Source: Escherichia coli (lineage in GTDB: Bacteria > Pseudomonadota > Gammaproteobacteria > Enterobacterales > Enterobacteriaceae). Taken from it: DNA of 64,000 bases. How positions within the stretch are numbered: position 1 is the stretch's first letter; each line of letters starts with the position of its first letter. The notes beneath the pieces were generated by a model. It was not told the DNA's origin. It ran no database searches and saw only the letters and a list, made by a program, of their open reading frames with translations. The stretch is taken from assembly GCF_036507355.1 (NCBI RefSeq), contig NZ_AP027877.1; one strand, 5' to 3'. Shown here one piece after another: positions 11,202 through 24,468 of the stretch. A program made the position numbers and the translations under genes.

Positions 11202-12671
11202 ATGGTTTCCGAAACTAAAACCACAGAAGCGCCGGGCTTACGCCGTGAATTAAAGGCGCGTCACCTGACGATGATTGCCATTGGCGGTTCCATCGGTACA
11301 GGTCTTTTTGTTGCCTCTGGCGCAACGATTTCTCAGGCAGGTCCGGGCGGGGCATTGCTCTCGTATATGCTGATTGGCCTGATGGTTTACTTCCTGATGA
11401 CCAGTCTCGGTGAACTGGCTGCATATATGCCGGTTTCCGGTTCGTTTGCCACTTACGGTCAGAACTATGTTGAAGAGGGCTTTGGCTTCGCGCTGGGCTG
11501 GAACTACTGGTACAACTGGGCGGTGACTATTGCCGTTGACCTGGTTGCAGCTCAGCTGGTCATGAGCTGGTGGTTCCCGGATACACCGGGCTGGATCTGG
11601 AGTGCGTTGTTCCTCGGCGTTATCTTCCTGCTGAACTACATCTCTGTTCGCGGCTTTGGTGAAGCGGAATACTGGTTCTCACTGATCAAAGTCACGACAG
11701 TTATTGTCTTTATCATCGTTGGCGTGCTGATGATTATCGGTATCTTCAAAGGCGCGCAGCCTGCGGGCTGGAGCAACTGGACAATCGGCGAAGCGCCGTT
11801 TGCTGGTGGTTTTGCGGCGATGATCGGCGTAGCTATGATTGTCGGCTTCTCTTTCCAGGGAACCGAGCTGATCGGTATTGCTGCAGGCGAGTCCGAAGAT
11901 CCGGCGAAAAACATTCCACGCGCGGTACGTCAGGTGTTCTGGCGAATCCTGTTGTTCTATGTGTTCGCGATCCTGATTATCAGCCTGATTATTCCGTACA
12001 CCGATCCGAGCCTGCTGCGTAACGATGTTAAAGACATCAGCGTTAGTCCGTTCACCCTGGTGTTCCAGCACGCGGGTCTGCTCTCTGCGGCGGCGGTGAT
12101 GAACGCAGTTATTCTGACGGCGGTGCTGTCAGCGGGTAACTCCGGTATGTATGCGTCTACTCGTATGCTGTATACCCTGGCGTGTGACGGTAAAGCGCCG
12201 CGCATTTTCGCTAAACTGTCGCGTGGTGGCGTGCCGCGTAATGCGCTGTATGCGACGACGGTGATTGCCGGTCTGTGCTTCCTGACCTCCATGTTTGGCA
12301 ACCAGACGGTATACCTGTGGCTGCTGAACACCTCCGGGATGACCGGTTTTATCGCCTGGCTGGGGATTGCCATTAGCCACTATCGCTTCCGTCGCGGTTA
12401 CGTATTGCAGGGACACGACATTAACGATCTGCCGTACCGTTCAGGTTTCTTCCCACTGGGTCCGATCTTCGCATTCATTCTGTGTCTGATTATCACTTTG
12501 GGCCAGAACTACGAAGCATTCCTGAAAGATACCATTGACTGGGGCGGCGTAGCGGCAACGTATATTGGTATCCCGCTGTTCCTGATTATTTGGTTCGGCT
12601 ACAAGCTGATTAAAGGAACCCACTTCGTACGCTACAGCGAAATGAAGTTCCCGCAGAACGATAAGAAATAA
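11202..12671 (+). CDS. lysP: lysine-specific permease (APC family)
   Basis: 489-aa ORF MVSETKTTEAPGLRRELKARHLTMIAIGG...; amino-acid permease signature. Confidence 0.95.
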   Translation: MVSETKTTEAPGLRRELKARHLTMIAIGGSIGTGLFVASGATISQAGPGGALLSYMLIGLMVYFLMTSLGELAAYMPVSGSFATYGQNYVEEGFGFALGWNYWYNWAVTIAVDLVAAQLVMSWWFPDTPGWIWSALFLGVIFLLNYISVRGFGEAEYWFSLIKVTTVIVFIIVGVLMIIGIFKGAQPAGWSNWTIGEAPFAGGFAAMIGVAMIVGFSFQGTELIGIAAGESEDPAKNIPRAVRQVFWRILLFYVFAILIISLIIPYTDPSLLRNDVKDISVSPFTLVFQHAGLLSAAAVMNAVILTAVLSAGNSGMYASTRMLYTLACDGKAPRIFAKLSRGGVPRNALYATTVIAGLCFLTSMFGNQTVYLWLLNTSGMTGFIAWLGIAISHYRFRRGYVLQGHDINDLPYRSGFFPLGPIFAFILCLIITLGQNYEAFLKDTIDWGGVAATYIGIPLFLIIWFGYKLIKGTHFVRYSEMKFPQNDKK

Positions 12672-12690
12672 GTTTCTCCCTTCCTTGCTA

Positions 12691-12716
12691 AGCCCTCTCA
12701 ACCGAGAGGGCTTATT
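12691..12716 (+). terminator. hairpin terminator downstream of lysP
   Basis: Inverted repeat AGCCCTCTC-aacc-GAGAGGGCT followed by T-containing tract. Confidence 0.5.
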
Positions 12717-12768
12717 CAATTCCATTTCCCTGACAAATCATGTGGATATAAAATTTAACATTTGGATT

Positions 12769-12794
12769 GATAATTGTTATCGTTTGCATTATCG
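12769..12794. promoter_or_regulatory. Fur-box-like sequence in cirA promoter
   Basis: GATAATTGTTATCGTTTGCATTATC resembles Fur consensus GATAATGATAATCATTATC; cirA is a classical iron-repressed gene. Confidence 0.45.
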
Positions 12795-12962
12795 TTACGC
12801 CGCAATCAAAAAAGGCTGACAAATCAGAGGCTGGTCCGGTTTTCTGGGATGATCACCTGCATACAAATAAGTCCACCGCGATGCTGCCGTACGCAAGGGG
12901 ACGTGAAGAAGATGTGAGCGATAACCCATTTTATTTTCGTAGTTACCTCATGGAGATATGGA

Positions 12963-14954
12963 ATGTTTAGGTTGAACCCTTTCGTACGGGTCGGGCTGTG
13001 TTTGTCCGCTATTTCTTGTGCATGGCCTGTGTTAGCGGTCGATGATGATGGCGAAACGATGGTTGTCACTGCATCTTCCGTTGAACAAAACCTTAAAGAT
13101 GCACCCGCCAGTATCAGCGTCATTACCCAGGAAGACCTGCAGCGAAAACCGGTACAGAATCTGAAGGATGTCCTCAAAGAAGTGCCTGGCGTACAACTGA
13201 CGAACGAAGGGGATAACCGTAAGGGCGTTAGTATTCGTGGTCTTGACAGCAGCTACACCCTGATTCTCGTCGACGGTAAACGCGTTAACTCCCGCAATGC
13301 CGTCTTCCGCCACAATGATTTCGATCTGAACTGGATCCCGGTCGATTCCATCGAACGTATTGAAGTGGTCCGTGGCCCGATGTCGTCGCTGTACGGTTCC
13401 GATGCGCTCGGCGGTGTAGTGAATATCATCACCAAAAAAATCGGTCAGAAATGGTCGGGTACCGTTACCGTCGATACCACCATTCAGGAACATCGCGATC
13501 GCGGTGATACCTATAACGGTCAGTTCTTTACCAGTGGACCATTAATTGATGGTGTGCTGGGAATGAAAGCTTACGGCAGCCTGGCAAAACGTGAAAAGGA
13601 TGACCCGCAAAACTCAACGACCACCGATACCGGAGAAACGCCGCGTATTGAAGGATTCTCCAGCCGCGACGGCAATATCGAATTTGCCTGGACACCGAAT
13701 CAAAATCACGATTTTACTGCCGGATACGGTTTCGACCGTCAGGATCGTGATTCCGACTCGTTGGACAAAAACCGCCTGGAACGCCAGAACTACTCCGTCA
13801 GCCATAATGGGCGTTGGGATTACGGCACCAGCGAACTGAAATACTACGGTGAGAAAGTCGAGAACAAAAACCCTGGCAACAGCAGCCCGATAACTTCCGA
13901 AAGCAATACGGTCGACGGCAAATACACCTTGCCGCTGACGGCGATTAATCAGTTTCTCACGGTTGGCGGTGAATGGCGTCACGACAAACTTAGCGATGCG
14001 GTGAACCTGACCGGGGGAACCAGCTCCAAAACGTCTGCCAGCCAGTACGCGCTGTTTGTGGAAGATGAATGGCGGATCTTCGAGCCGCTGGCGCTGACGA
14101 CCGGCGTACGTATGGACGATCATGAAACCTACGGTGAACACTGGAGTCCGCGTGCCTACCTGGTTTATAACGCCACCGACACCGTAACGGTGAAAGGGGG
14201 CTGGGCGACGGCATTTAAAGCACCTTCTCTGTTGCAACTTAGCCCTGACTGGACGAGCAATTCCTGCCGTGGCGCATGTAAGATTGTGGGTAGCCCGGAT
14301 CTGAAACCAGAAACCAGCGAAAGTTGGGAGCTGGGGCTGTACTACATGGGTGAAGAAGGCTGGCTGGAAGGGGTTGAATCCAGCGTTACCGTTTTCCGTA
14401 ACGATGTGAAAGATCGCATCAGCATCAGCCGTACGTCTGACGTCAATGCTGCACCGGGCTACCAAAACTTTGTCGGTTTTGAGACGGGCGCTAACGGACG
14501 GCGCATACCGGTATTTAGCTACTACAACGTTAACAAAGCTCGTATTCAGGGCGTGGAAACCGAACTGAAAATTCCGTTCAACGATGAATGGAAACTGTCA
14601 CTCAACTACACCTACAACGATGGTCGTGATGTCAGCAACGGCGAAAACAAACCGCTATCCGATCTGCCGTTCCATACCGCTAACGGTACGCTGGACTGGA
14701 AACCGCTGGCGCTGGAAGACTGGTCATTCTATGTTTCTGGTCACTATACCGGGCAGAAACGAGCCGACAGCGCGACGGCTAAAACACCGGGCGGTTATAC
14801 CATCTGGAATACCGGCGCGGCCTGGCAGGTGACTAAAGACGTCAAACTGCGCGCAGGCGTGCTGAACCTTGGCGACAAGGATCTCAGTCGTGACGACTAC
14901 AGCTATAACGAAGACGGACGTCGTTACTTTATGGCAGTGGATTATCGCTTCTGA
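12963..14954 (+). CDS. cirA: TonB-dependent outer-membrane receptor for catecholate siderophores / colicin I receptor
   Basis: 663-aa ORF with signal peptide, TonB box (ETMVVTAS) and C-terminal aromatic residue (...YRF). Confidence 0.95.
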   Translation: MFRLNPFVRVGLCLSAISCAWPVLAVDDDGETMVVTASSVEQNLKDAPASISVITQEDLQRKPVQNLKDVLKEVPGVQLTNEGDNRKGVSIRGLDSSYTLILVDGKRVNSRNAVFRHNDFDLNWIPVDSIERIEVVRGPMSSLYGSDALGGVVNIITKKIGQKWSGTVTVDTTIQEHRDRGDTYNGQFFTSGPLIDGVLGMKAYGSLAKREKDDPQNSTTTDTGETPRIEGFSSRDGNIEFAWTPNQNHDFTAGYGFDRQDRDSDSLDKNRLERQNYSVSHNGRWDYGTSELKYYGEKVENKNPGNSSPITSESNTVDGKYTLPLTAINQFLTVGGEWRHDKLSDAVNLTGGTSSKTSASQYALFVEDEWRIFEPLALTTGVRMDDHETYGEHWSPRAYLVYNATDTVTVKGGWATAFKAPSLLQLSPDWTSNSCRGACKIVGSPDLKPETSESWELGLYYMGEEGWLEGVESSVTVFRNDVKDRISISRTSDVNAAPGYQNFVGFETGANGRRIPVFSYYNVNKARIQGVETELKIPFNDEWKLSLNYTYNDGRDVSNGENKPLSDLPFHTANGTLDWKPLALEDWSFYVSGHYTGQKRADSATAKTPGGYTIWNTGAAWQVTKDVKLRAGVLNLGDKDLSRDDYSYNEDGRRYFMAVDYRF

Positions 14955-14985
14955 TGAGAAGATGCCCGGCGAACCGGGCGGACTT

Positions 14986-15855
<870 letters not shown>

Positions 15856-16079
15856 TCATCATACCGTTTATTCAATGTGCTGTGAGTAACTTTCACTTCC
15901 GTATTTGCATAACGATGTTTTAACATCTGCTGATGAAAGGCAGCGGCAATTACAATAATTATCGCTGTGAATACTGGATTATGTGCGCCGCCTCACGCAC
16001 AATAATCAGGCTGTAAATCAGCTTAATAACTTTGCCCCCACGCAGGGCGGAGGCGTCACACCTGCAGGAGAAATCATAA

Positions 16080-16748
16080 ATGCCATCACTCAGTAAAGAA
16101 GCGGCCCTGGTTCATGAAGCGTTAGTTGCGCGAGGACTGGAAACACCGCTGCGCCCGCCCGTGCATGAAATGGATAACGAAACGCGCAAAAGCCTTATTG
16201 CTGGTCATATGACCGAAATCATGCAGCTGCTGAATCTCGACCTGGCTGATGACAGTTTGATGGAAACGCCGCATCGCATCGCTAAAATGTATGTCGATGA
16301 AATTTTCTCCGGTCTGGATTACGCCAACTTCCCGAAAATCACCCTCATTGAAAACAAAATGAAGGTCGATGAAATGGTCACCGTGCGCGATATCACTCTG
16401 ACCAGTACCTGTGAACACCATTTTGTTACCATCGATGGCAAAGCGACGGTGGCTTATATCCCGAAAGATTCGGTGATCGGTCTGTCAAAAATTAACCGTA
16501 TCGTGCAGTTCTTTGCCCAGCGTCCGCAGGTGCAGGAACGTCTGACGCAGCAAATTCTTATTGCGCTACAAACGCTGCTGGGCACCAATAACGTGGCTGT
16601 CTCGATCGACGCGGTGCATTACTGCGTGAAGGCGCGTGGCATCCGCGATGCAACCAGTGCCACGACAACGACCTCTCTTGGTGGATTGTTCAAATCCAGT
16701 CAGAATACGCGCCACGAGTTTCTGCGCGCTGTGCGTCATCACAACTGA
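16080..16748 (+). CDS. folE: GTP cyclohydrolase I
   Basis: 222-aa [27 protein letters not shown]...; recalled FolE. Confidence 0.95.
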
Positions 16749-16764
16749 TTAAAAGGCAGGAACC

Positions 16765-17922
16765 ATGGAGCGCAACGTCACGCTCGATTTTGTTCGCGGC
16801 GTCGCCATTCTGGGGATCCTGCTATTAAACATCAGCGCCTTTGGGCTACCAAAGGCGGCTTATCTTAATCCCGCCTGGTACGGCGCTATTACGCCGCAGG
16901 ATGCATGGACCTGGGCATTTCTCGATCTCATCGGCCAGGTGAAATTCCTCACGCTTTTTGCGCTGCTGTTTGGTGCTGGCCTGCAAATGTTGCTGCCCCG
17001 TGGCAGACGCTGGATCCAGTCGCGGTTAACGCTGTTAGTCTTGCTGGGCTTTATTCACGGTTTATTGTTCTGGGACGGCGATATTCTGCTGGCTTACGGG
17101 CTGGTGGGCTTAATCTGCTGGCGGCTGGTGCGCGATGCGCCATCGGTAAAAAGCCTGTTTAATACCGGCGTCATGCTTTATCTGGTGGGGCTTGGCGTTT
17201 TGCTGTTATTGGGGTTGATTTCCGACAGCCAGACCAGCCGCGCCTGGACGCCGGATGCATCGGCTATTTTGTATGAAAAATACTGGAAGCTTCACGGCGG
17301 CGTTGAAGCGATCAGTAATCGTGCCGATGGTGTTGGCAACAGTTTACTGGCACTGGGCGCACAGTATGGCTGGCAACTGGCTGGGATGATGCTCATTGGT
17401 GCCGCATTGATGCGCAGTGGCTGGCTGAAAGGGCAGTTCAGCTTACGTCACTATCGTCGTACTGGTTTTGTGCTGGTGGCGATTGGGGTGATCATTAACC
17501 TTCCTGCCATCGCCCTGCAATGGCGGCTGGACTGGGCATATCGCTGGTGCGCCTTCTTACTTCAGATGCCGCGGGAACTGAGTGCGCCGTTTCAGACGAT
17601 TGGCTATGCGTCGCTGTTTTATGGCTTCTGGCCGCAATTGAGCCGCTTTAAGCTGGTGCTTGCGATCGCCTGCGTCGGACGGATGGCGCTGACCAACTAT
17701 CTATTGCAAACGCTGATTTGTACCACGCTTTTTTACCACCTCGGTTTGTTTATGCATTTTGACCGCCTGGAGCTGCTGGCGTTTGTTATTCCGGTATGGC
17801 TGGCGAATATCCTCTTCTCTGTTATCTGGCTGCGTTACTTCCGCCAGGGGCCGGTGGAATGGCTCTGGCGTCAGTTAACTTTGCGTGCTGCCGGACCGGC
17901 AATATCTAAAACATCAAGATAA
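16765..17922 (+). CDS. yeiB: DUF418-family inner membrane protein
   Basis: 385-aa polytopic membrane ORF immediately downstream of folE. Confidence 0.85.
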   Translation: MERNVTLDFVRGVAILGILLLNISAFGLPKAAYLNPAWYGAITPQDAWTWAFLDLIGQVKFLTLFALLFGAGLQMLLPRGRRWIQSRLTLLVLLGFIHGLLFWDGDILLAYGLVGLICWRLVRDAPSVKSLFNTGVMLYLVGLGVLLLLGLISDSQTSRAWTPDASAILYEKYWKLHGGVEAISNRADGVGNSLLALGAQYGWQLAGMMLIGAALMRSGWLKGQFSLRHYRRTGFVLVAIGVIINLPAIALQWRLDWAYRWCAFLLQMPRELSAPFQTIGYASLFYGFWPQLSRFKLVLAIACVGRMALTNYLLQTLICTTLFYHLGLFMHFDRLELLAFVIPVWLANILFSVIWLRYFRQGPVEWLWRQLTLRAAGPAISKTSR

Positions 17923-17952
17923 CGATCTGGATCACATTCGTTAACAAAACGG

Positions 17953-17988
17953 CTGTAACCGTTTCCATTGCTGTGACTCGATTCACGA
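17953..17988. promoter_or_regulatory. galS promoter region: GalR/GalS operator-like site plus CRP-like site
   Basis: CTGTAACCGTTTCCAT resembles gal operator GTGTAAACGATTCCAC; adjacent TGTGA-N6-TCACG resembles CRP consensus. Coordinates approximate. Confidence 0.4.
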
Positions 17989-18063
17989 AGTCCTGTATTC
18001 AGTGCTGACAAAATAGCCGCCAGCAAGCAGTCATTTACTGCAATCTCATAACAGGTAGTGAAT

Positions 18064-19104
18064 ATGATCACCATTCGTGATGTAGCGCGTCAGGCTGGCG
18101 TCTCTGTGGCAACGGTTTCCCGGGTGCTCAATAACAGCACGCTGGTCAGTGCCGATACGCGTGAAGCAGTAATGAAAGCCGTGAGTGAGCTGGATTATCG
18201 GCCAAACGCCAATGCCCAGGCGCTGGCAACTCAGGTTAGCGACACCATTGGCGTGGTGGTGATGGACGTTTCTGATGCGTTTTTCGGCGCGCTGGTAAAA
18301 GCGGTGGATCTGGTCGCTCAGCAGCATCAGAAATACGTGCTAATCGGCAATAGCTATCATGAAGCGGAAAAAGAGCGTCACGCCATTGAGGTGTTAATTC
18401 GCCAGCGTTGTAATGCGTTGATTGTTCACTCAAAAGCATTGAGTGACGATGAACTGGCGCAATTTATGGATAACATTCCCGGTATGGTGTTAATCAACCG
18501 CGTTGTGCCGGGGTACGCCCATCGTTGCGTTTGCCTGGATAATCTCAGCGGTGCCCGAATGGCGACGCGCATGTTGCTGAATAACGGTCATCAACGTATT
18601 GGTTATCTTTCTTCCAGCCACGGCATTGAAGATGACGCCATGCGTAAAGCAGGCTGGATGAGTGCGTTGAAAGAGCAGGATATTATTCCGCCGGAAAGCT
18701 GGATTGGCACTGGTACGCCGGACATGCCGGGCGGTGAGGCGGCGATGGTTGAACTGCTGGGGCGCAATCTACAACTTACCGCTGTATTTGCTTATAACGA
18801 CAATATGGCTGCTGGCGCACTGACAGCATTAAAAGATAATGGCATTGCGATTCCGTTACATCTCTCAATCATCGGTTTCGATGATATTCCCATCGCCCGT
18901 TACACCGACCCGCAATTAACGACCGTGCGTTATCCCATTGCTTCAATGGCGAAATTAGCCACCGAACTGGCCTTGCAGGGGGCAGCAGGCAATATTGATC
19001 CTCGTGCCAGCCACTGTTTTATGCCGACGTTAGTGCGTCGCCATTCTGTCGCAACACGCCAGAATGCGGCGGCGATCACTAACTCAACAAATCAGGCGAT
19101 GTAA
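18064..19104 (+). CDS. galS: galactose/methyl-galactoside operon repressor (LacI/GalR family)
   Basis: ORF 18058..19104; start placed at [23 protein letters not shown] (LacI-type HTH), 346 aa. Confidence 0.9.
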   Translation: MITIRDVARQAGVSVATVSRVLNNSTLVSADTREAVMKAVSELDYRPNANAQALATQVSDTIGVVVMDVSDAFFGALVKAVDLVAQQHQKYVLIGNSYHEAEKERHAIEVLIRQRCNALIVHSKALSDDELAQFMDNIPGMVLINRVVPGYAHRCVCLDNLSGARMATRMLLNNGHQRIGYLSSSHGIEDDAMRKAGWMSALKEQDIIPPESWIGTGTPDMPGGEAAMVELLGRNLQLTAVFAYNDNMAAGALTALKDNGIAIPLHLSIIGFDDIPIARYTDPQLTTVRYPIASMAKLATELALQGAAGNIDPRASHCFMPTLVRRHSVATRQNAAAITNSTNQAM

Positions 19105-19132
19105 CCGCTTTCAATCTGTGAGTGATTTCACA
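19099..19132. promoter_or_regulatory. mgl promoter control region: gal operator-like site and near-consensus CRP site
   Basis: TGTGAGTGATTTCACA (TGTGA-N6-TCACA, perfect CRP core) preceded by ATGTAACCGCTTTCAA operator-like sequence; ~250 nt upstream of mglB. Confidence 0.5.
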
Positions 19133-19384
19133 GTATCTTAACAATGTGATAGCTATGATTGCACCGTTTTAACGTTGTAACCCGTATGTAACAGTGAATA
19201 ATCACTTTCACCGAGGTAATAGCGTCATAACAACAATTAAAGCCGTTTTCTGGAGCGTTACCGGGCATGGAAGAACGAATTTTTAAAAAGTGAGCTTCGG
19301 CGTTCAGTAACACTTCATTAACTCTACTGCCCCGCCGAGCATTTATCTCAAGCACTACCCTGCATAAGAAAAACCGGAGATACC

Positions 19385-20383
19385 ATGAATAAGAAGGTGT
19401 TAACCCTGTCTGCTGTGATGGCCAGCATGTTATTCGGTGCCGCTGCACACGCTGCTGATACTCGCATTGGTGTAACAATCTATAAGTACGACGATAACTT
19501 TATGTCTGTAGTGCGCAAGGCAATTGAGCAAGATGCGAAAGCCGCGCCAGATGTTCAGCTGCTGATGAATGATTCTCAGAATGACCAGTCCAAGCAGAAC
19601 GATCAGATCGACGTATTGCTGGCGAAAGGGGTGAAGGCACTGGCAATCAACCTGGTTGACCCGGCAGCTGCGGGTACGGTGATTGAGAAAGCGCGTGGGC
19701 AAAACGTGCCAGTGGTTTTCTTCAACAAAGAACCGTCTCGTAAGGCGCTGGATAGCTACGACAAAGCCTACTACGTTGGCACTGACTCCAAAGAGTCCGG
19801 CATTATTCAAGGCGATTTGATTGCTAAACACTGGGCGGCGAATCAGGGTTGGGATCTGAATAAAGACGGTCAGATTCAATTCGTACTGCTGAAAGGTGAA
19901 CCGGGCCATCCGGATGCAGAAGCACGTACCACTTACGTGATTAAAGAGCTGAACGACAAAGGCATTAAAACTGAACAGTTACAGTTAGATACCGCTATGT
20001 GGGATACCGCTCAGGCGAAAGATAAGATGGACGCCTGGCTGTCTGGCCCGAACGCCAACAAAATCGAAGTGGTTATCGCCAACAACGATGCGATGGCAAT
20101 GGGCGCGGTTGAAGCGCTGAAAGCACACAACAAGTCCAGCATTCCGGTGTTTGGCGTCGATGCGCTGCCAGAAGCGCTGGCGCTGGTGAAATCCGGTGCA
20201 CTGGCGGGCACCGTACTGAACGATGCTAACAACCAGGCGAAAGCGACCTTTGATCTGGCGAAAAACCTGGCCGATGGCAAAGGTGCGGCTGATGGCACCA
20301 ACTGGAAAATCGACAACAAAGTGGTCCGCGTACCTTATGTTGGCGTAGATAAAGACAACCTGGCTGAATTCAGCAAGAAATAA
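19385..20383 (+). CDS. mglB: periplasmic D-galactose/D-glucose-binding protein
   Basis: 332-aa ORF with signal peptide [23 protein letters not shown]. Confidence 0.95.
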   Translation: MNKKVLTLSAVMASMLFGAAAHAADTRIGVTIYKYDDNFMSVVRKAIEQDAKAAPDVQLLMNDSQNDQSKQNDQIDVLLAKGVKALAINLVDPAAAGTVIEKARGQNVPVVFFNKEPSRKALDSYDKAYYVGTDSKESGIIQGDLIAKHWAANQGWDLNKDGQIQFVLLKGEPGHPDAEARTTYVIKELNDKGIKTEQLQLDTAMWDTAQAKDKMDAWLSGPNANKIEVVIANNDAMAMGAVEALKAHNKSSIPVFGVDALPEALALVKSGALAGTVLNDANNQAKATFDLAKNLADGKGAADGTNWKIDNKVVRVPYVGVDKDNLAEFSKK

Positions 20384-20443
20384 GACTGATTGGGCGCAGT
20401 CTATTACTGCGCCCTTATTGTATGGCCAACAAGGTAAAATTAT

Positions 20444-21964
20444 ATGGTCAGCTCAACGACTCCGTCTTCCGGGGAATACTTGTTGGAAATGAGCGGTATC
20501 AACAAGTCTTTTCCTGGTGTTAAGGCACTGGATAACGTTAATTTAAAAGTCCGGTCACATTCTATCCATGCATTAATGGGGGAAAACGGTGCAGGAAAAT
20601 CAACATTATTAAAATGCCTGTTTGGTATTTATCAAAAAGACTCCGGCACCATTTTATTCCAGGGTAAAGAGATCGATTTCCATTCTGCAAAAGAAGCCCT
20701 GGAAAATGGTATTTCGATGGTACACCAGGAGTTAAACCTGGTATTACAACGTTCGGTGATGGATAACATGTGGCTGGGGCGATATCCCACCAAAGGCATG
20801 TTTGTCGATCAGGACAAAATGTACCGCGAAACCAAAGCGATTTTTGATGAACTGGATATTGATATCGATCCGCGTGCGCGCGTCGGCACATTATCTGTTT
20901 CGCAAATGCAGATGATCGAAATCGCCAAAGCGTTTTCCTATAACGCGAAAATTGTGATTATGGATGAACCGACTTCTTCGTTAACCGAAAAAGAGGTCAA
21001 TCATCTGTTCACTATTATTCGTAAATTAAAAGAGCGCGGCTGCGGTATTGTTTATATCTCGCATAAAATGGAAGAAATCTTCCAGTTATGTGATGAAGTT
21101 ACCGTATTGCGCGACGGTCAGTGGATCGCCACCGAACCGCTGGCAGGGCTGACGATGGACAAGATTATCGCCATGATGGTTGGGCGTTCTCTTAACCAGC
21201 GTTTTCCTGACAAAGAAAACAAGCCGGGCGAAGTCATCCTCGAGGTGCGTAACCTGACGTCACTGCGCCAGCCGTCGATTCGCGATGTCTCGTTTGATCT
21301 GCATAAAGGGGAGATCCTCGGTATTGCCGGTCTGGTGGGGGCGAAACGTACCGATATTGTTGAGACGTTATTTGGTATTCGCGAGAAATCGGCTGGCACC
21401 ATTACGTTGCACGGCAAAAAGATCAATAACCATAATGCCAATGAAGCCATAAACCACGGATTTGCACTGGTAACTGAGGAGCGCCGCTCAACGGGAATTT
21501 ATGCCTATCTGGATATTGGTTTTAACTCGTTAATTTCCAATATTCGCAACTACAAAAATAAAGTTGGTTTACTGGATAACTCGCGGATGAAAAGCGATAC
21601 CCAGTGGGTGATTGATTCGATGCGGGTAAAAACACCGGGGCATCGGGCGCAAATTGGTTCGCTCTCAGGTGGTAATCAGCAAAAGGTGATTATTGGGCGC
21701 TGGCTACTAACGCAACCGGAAATATTAATGCTCGATGAACCGACGCGCGGTATTGATGTCGGGGCGAAGTTTGAGATCTATCAGTTAATTGCCGAACTGG
21801 CGAAGAAAGGCAAAGGGATTATTATTATCTCCTCTGAAATGCCTGAGTTGTTAGGGATAACAGACCGTATTCTGGTCATGAGCAATGGTCTCGTTTCCGG
21901 AATTGTCGACACAAAAACAACAACGCAAAACGAAATTCTGCGTCTTGCGTCTTTGCACCTTTAA
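20444..21964 (+). CDS. mglA: galactose/methyl-galactoside ABC transporter ATP-binding protein (duplicated ABC domain)
   Basis: 506-aa ORF with Walker [10 protein letters not shown] and a second ABC domain. Confidence 0.95.
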   Translation: MVSSTTPSSGEYLLEMSGINKSFPGVKALDNVNLKVRSHSIHALMGENGAGKSTLLKCLFGIYQKDSGTILFQGKEIDFHSAKEALENGISMVHQELNLVLQRSVMDNMWLGRYPTKGMFVDQDKMYRETKAIFDELDIDIDPRARVGTLSVSQMQMIEIAKAFSYNAKIVIMDEPTSSLTEKEVNHLFTIIRKLKERGCGIVYISHKMEEIFQLCDEVTVLRDGQWIATEPLAGLTMDKIIAMMVGRSLNQRFPDKENKPGEVILEVRNLTSLRQPSIRDVSFDLHKGEILGIAGLVGAKRTDIVETLFGIREKSAGTITLHGKKINNHNANEAINHGFALVTEERRSTGIYAYLDIGFNSLISNIRNYKNKVGLLDNSRMKSDTQWVIDSMRVKTPGHRAQIGSLSGGNQQKVIIGRWLLTQPEILMLDEPTRGIDVGAKFEIYQLIAELAKKGKGIIIISSEMPELLGITDRILVMSNGLVSGIVDTKTTTQNEILRLASLHL

Positions 21965-21979
21965 GATTAGGGGCTTCCC

Positions 21980-22990
21980 ATGAGTGCGTTAAATAAGAAA
22001 AGTTTTCTTACTTACCTGAAAGAGGGCGGTATTTACGTCGTTCTTTTAGTTTTGCTGGCGATTATTATTTTCCAGGACCCAACATTTTTAAGTCTGTTGA
22101 ACTTAAGTAATATTCTCACCCAGTCATCGGTGCGTATTATTATCGCGCTCGGCGTGGCAGGGTTAATTGTCACCCAGGGGACCGACCTTTCTGCAGGTCG
22201 CCAGGTGGGGCTGGCGGCAGTAGTAGCGGCGACGTTATTGCAGTCCATGGATAACGCCAACAAAGTGTTCCCGGAAATGGCGACGATGCCGATTGCGCTG
22301 GTTATTCTGATTGTCTGTGCCATTGGTGCGGTGATCGGTTTGATCAACGGTCTGATTATCGCTTATCTCAACGTTACGCCGTTCATTACCACGCTCGGCA
22401 CGATGATCATCGTCTATGGCATCAACTCGCTCTATTACGACTTTGTCGGGGCGTCGCCAATTTCTGGTTTTGACAGTGGCTTCTCTACCTTTGCTCAGGG
22501 CTTTGTCGCGCTGGGGAGTTTCCGTCTCTCTTACATCACCTTCTACGCGTTGATTGCGGTGGCGTTCGTCTGGGTGTTGTGGAACAAAACCCGCTTCGGT
22601 AAGAACATTTTTGCCATTGGCGGTAACCCGGAAGCGGCAAAAGTATCTGGTGTCAACGTCGGCCTGAACCTGCTGATGATCTACGCGTTGTCTGGTGTGT
22701 TCTATGCCTTCGGCGGGATGTTAGAAGCCGGACGTATCGGCTCTGCCACCAACAACCTCGGCTTTATGTATGAACTGGATGCTATCGCGGCGTGCGTGGT
22801 AGGCGGTGTATCGTTCAGCGGCGGTGTGGGGACGGTGATTGGCGTGGTGACCGGGGTAATTATTTTTACCGTCATCAACTATGGCCTGACGTACATCGGC
22901 GTAAACCCATACTGGCAGTACATCATCAAAGGGGCGATTATTATCTTCGCCGTGGCACTGGATTCACTGAAGTACGCGCGTAAGAAGTGA
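21980..22990 (+). CDS. mglC: galactose/methyl-galactoside ABC transporter permease
   Basis: 336-aa polytopic membrane ORF downstream of mglA. Confidence 0.95.
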   Translation: MSALNKKSFLTYLKEGGIYVVLLVLLAIIIFQDPTFLSLLNLSNILTQSSVRIIIALGVAGLIVTQGTDLSAGRQVGLAAVVAATLLQSMDNANKVFPEMATMPIALVILIVCAIGAVIGLINGLIIAYLNVTPFITTLGTMIIVYGINSLYYDFVGASPISGFDSGFSTFAQGFVALGSFRLSYITFYALIAVAFVWVLWNKTRFGKNIFAIGGNPEAAKVSGVNVGLNLLMIYALSGVFYAFGGMLEAGRIGSATNNLGFMYELDAIAACVVGGVSFSGGVGTVIGVVTGVIIFTVINYGLTYIGVNPYWQYIIKGAIIIFAVALDSLKYARKK

Positions 22991-23047
22991 TATGATTGTG
23001 GTCCGCATTCGGTCATAAACGCACATAACATCATGATCTGTGTGGTT

Positions 23048-23232
23048 TTGTAGGCCGGATAAGGCGTTCACGCCGCATCCGGCGACAGGAGCCAAATGCC
23101 GGATGCAACGCTGGCGCGTTTTATCCGGCCTACAATGAGCTCAACATACTGATTTGTATGGTTTTGTAGGCCGAATAAGGCGTTCAAGCCGCATCCGGCG
23201 ACAGGAACCAAATGCCGGATGCGTCTCTGGTT
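23048..23232. repeat. cluster of REP (repetitive extragenic palindromic) units / BIME
   Basis: Four units of GCCGGATAAGGCGTTCACGCCGCATCCGGC-type palindromes in alternating orientation between the convergent mglC and preA. Confidence 0.8.
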
Positions 23233-24468
23233 TTACAACGTTACCGGGTGTTCTTTCTCGCCTTTCTTAAACTTCACTTCCCCGAGCTCAATACAACCCA
23301 CCGGGCAGACGTGACCACAAAGCAGGCAACCAACACATTTCTCGGTATTACAATACGGTGTACGGGTTTTCTCGCTCCATTCCATCGCCTGGTGACCGCC
23401 GTCGTAACAGGAAATATAACAGCGTCCACAGCCAACACATTTATCAAGATTGATACGGGGATAGACAATATAACTGCGGTCTAAATCTTCCGCCGGGACA
23501 ATATTGTTATTCGCCAGACCTACCATCTCCTGCAACGAATCAAATCCCTGATCGGCGAGATAATGCGACAACCCGCTCGCCATATCTTCCACTATCCGAT
23601 AGCCGTACTGCATAATGCCGGTGGTGACCTGTAACGTTGCTGCGCCGAGCAATAAAAACTCCGCCGCATCCTCCCAGGTTTCAATGCCGCCGATACCGCT
23701 GATTGGGAAATCGCGCAGTTCTGGATGGGTGCGCATTTGCTGAATGAAGCGCAGGGCGATCGGTTTTACCGCTTTACCGGAATATCCGGAAATACTCGAT
23801 TTTCCGTTAACGATCGGCATACCGATTTTCTGATTAAGATCGATATTGGTGATGGATTTAACGGTGTTAATCGCCGCAATGCCATCTGCGCCGCCGCGCT
23901 TCGCCGCCAGCGCCACTTCGCACATATCACCGATATTCGGCGTCATCTTCGCCAGCATTGGCAGCGTGGAACCCCGTTTCACTGCCCGACAATATTTTTC
24001 TACTAGCTCCGGGCTTTGCCCGACATCGCTACCCATCGCATGAGAAGTCATTTGCGGACAGGAGAAGTTACACTCGATCATATCCGCGCCAGCTTCTTGC
24101 ACCAGGCGCGCCAGCTCCTCCCATTGCTGCTCATTTTCCCCCATGATCGAAGCGATCAATACTTTGTCCGGGTAATCTTCCTTCAGCCGACGCAGGGCGG
24201 CCAGATTCTCTTCCAACGGATGTTCAGCAATCTGCTCCATATTTTTGAAGCCGATAAAACCGGTATCTTCTTTCACCAGATGATCAAAACGCGGCGAGAC
24301 TTCGTTGGCGATAAAAAAGCCGATCGTTTTAAACACCACACCGCCCCAACCTGTGTCGTAGGCTTTGGCACACATCTCATAGCAGTTGCCTACCGGCGAA
24401 GAAGAGAGGCAGAATGGGTTGGGAAACTTCACGCCGCAAAAAGTAATCGAAAGATCTTTCGTTAACAT
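23233..24468 (-). CDS. preA: NAD-dependent dihydropyrimidine dehydrogenase subunit PreA (4Fe-4S, FMN)
   Basis: ORF 23233..24474 trimmed to [10 protein letters not shown]... (411 aa); C-terminal double ferredoxin CxxCxxCxxxCP motifs. Confidence 0.9.
   Translation of the reverse strand: MLTKDLSITFCGVKFPNPFCLSSSPVGNCYEMCAKAYDTGWGGVVFKTIGFFIANEVSPRFDHLVKEDTGFIGFKNMEQIAEHPLEENLAALRRLKEDYPDKVLIASIMGENEQQWEELARLVQEAGADMIECNFSCPQMTSHAMGSDVGQSPELVEKYCRAVKRGSTLPMLAKMTPNIGDMCEVALAAKRGGADGIAAINTVKSITNIDLNQKIGMPIVNGKSSISGYSGKAVKPIALRFIQQMRTHPELRDFPISGIGGIETWEDAAEFLLLGAATLQVTTGIMQYGYRIVEDMASGLSHYLADQGFDSLQEMVGLANNNIVPAEDLDRSYIVYPRINLDKCVGCGRCYISCYDGGHQAMEWSEKTRTPYCNTEKCVGCLLCGHVCPVGCIELGEVKFKKGEKEHPVTL

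Noticed and set aside
10910-11218. 102-aa ORF overlapping the yeiE 3' end and lysP upstream region
   Set aside because: Overlaps the yeiE terminus in another frame and runs through the lysP promoter/5' UTR; no independent support.
12767-12970. 67-aa ORF in the cirA promoter region
   Set aside because: Spans the Fur-box promoter and overlaps the cirA start; AT-rich regulatory DNA, not coding.
13614-14465. 283-aa minus-strand ORF inside cirA, and similar long antisense ORFs inside bglX (45151..46143), mhbT (30548..31063) and mhbM/dusC (34779..35515)
   Set aside because: They lie entirely antisense to well-supported genes in GC-rich coding sequence, have Arg/His-rich low-complexity composition and no start-site signals; judged to be shadow ORFs.
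23048-23232. Possible CRISPR array suggested by closely spaced repeats after mglC
   Set aside because: The units are GC-rich palindromic REP sequences in alternating orientation with irregular spacing and no unique spacers or nearby cas genes; this is a BIME cluster.
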